A stretch of DNA of 17,102 nucleotides from a bacterium (lineage in GTDB: Bacteria > Sysuimicrobiota > Sysuimicrobiia > Sysuimicrobiales > Humicultoraceae), in assembly GCA_041497675.1 (NCBI GenBank), contig JBGQGY010000084.1, positions 1 through 17,102 of the forward strand, in the 5' to 3' direction. Every line of letters begins with the position of its first letter. Positions within the stretch are counted from its first letter, which is position 1. The notes under the pieces were generated by a model. The model had not been told where the DNA came from and made no database searches. It worked only from the letters and a program-made list of their open reading frames with translations. Of this stretch, positions 17,102 to 17,102 are shown piece by piece. Both the position numbers and the translations under genes were made by a program.

Positions 17102-17102
17102 G

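Overview
High-GC bacterial chromosomal segment with about 19 tightly packed genes. I see no mobile element, CRISPR array, rRNA or tRNA. Left end (+): a partial SsuA/NMT1-type ABC substrate-binding protein, a class IV PLP aminotransferase-family gene and an SsuC/TauC-type permease. Next is a long minus-strand run, in transcription order: vanZ-like, a secreted clan GH-A-like protein lacking both catalytic glutamates, a livK-like SBP, dppB, dppC, dppA and a livF-like ATPase. Divergent from it is a polyamine operon, pdaD-speE-speB (+). On the right, a minus-strand run reads leuS (partial), comEA, ECF sigma, zinc anti-sigma, RseB/MucB-like and a small MazG-like gene, with a good ECF-type promoter (GGAACC-N16-CGTA) before the sigma gene. 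Most genes belong to known families. The most unusual signals are the probable pseudo-glycosidase coupled to VanZ, the sigma/ZAS/RseB/MazG operon, two interleaved incomplete ABC systems and repeated Shine-Dalgarno-occluding hairpins. All family calls come from motif recognition by eye, not database searches.
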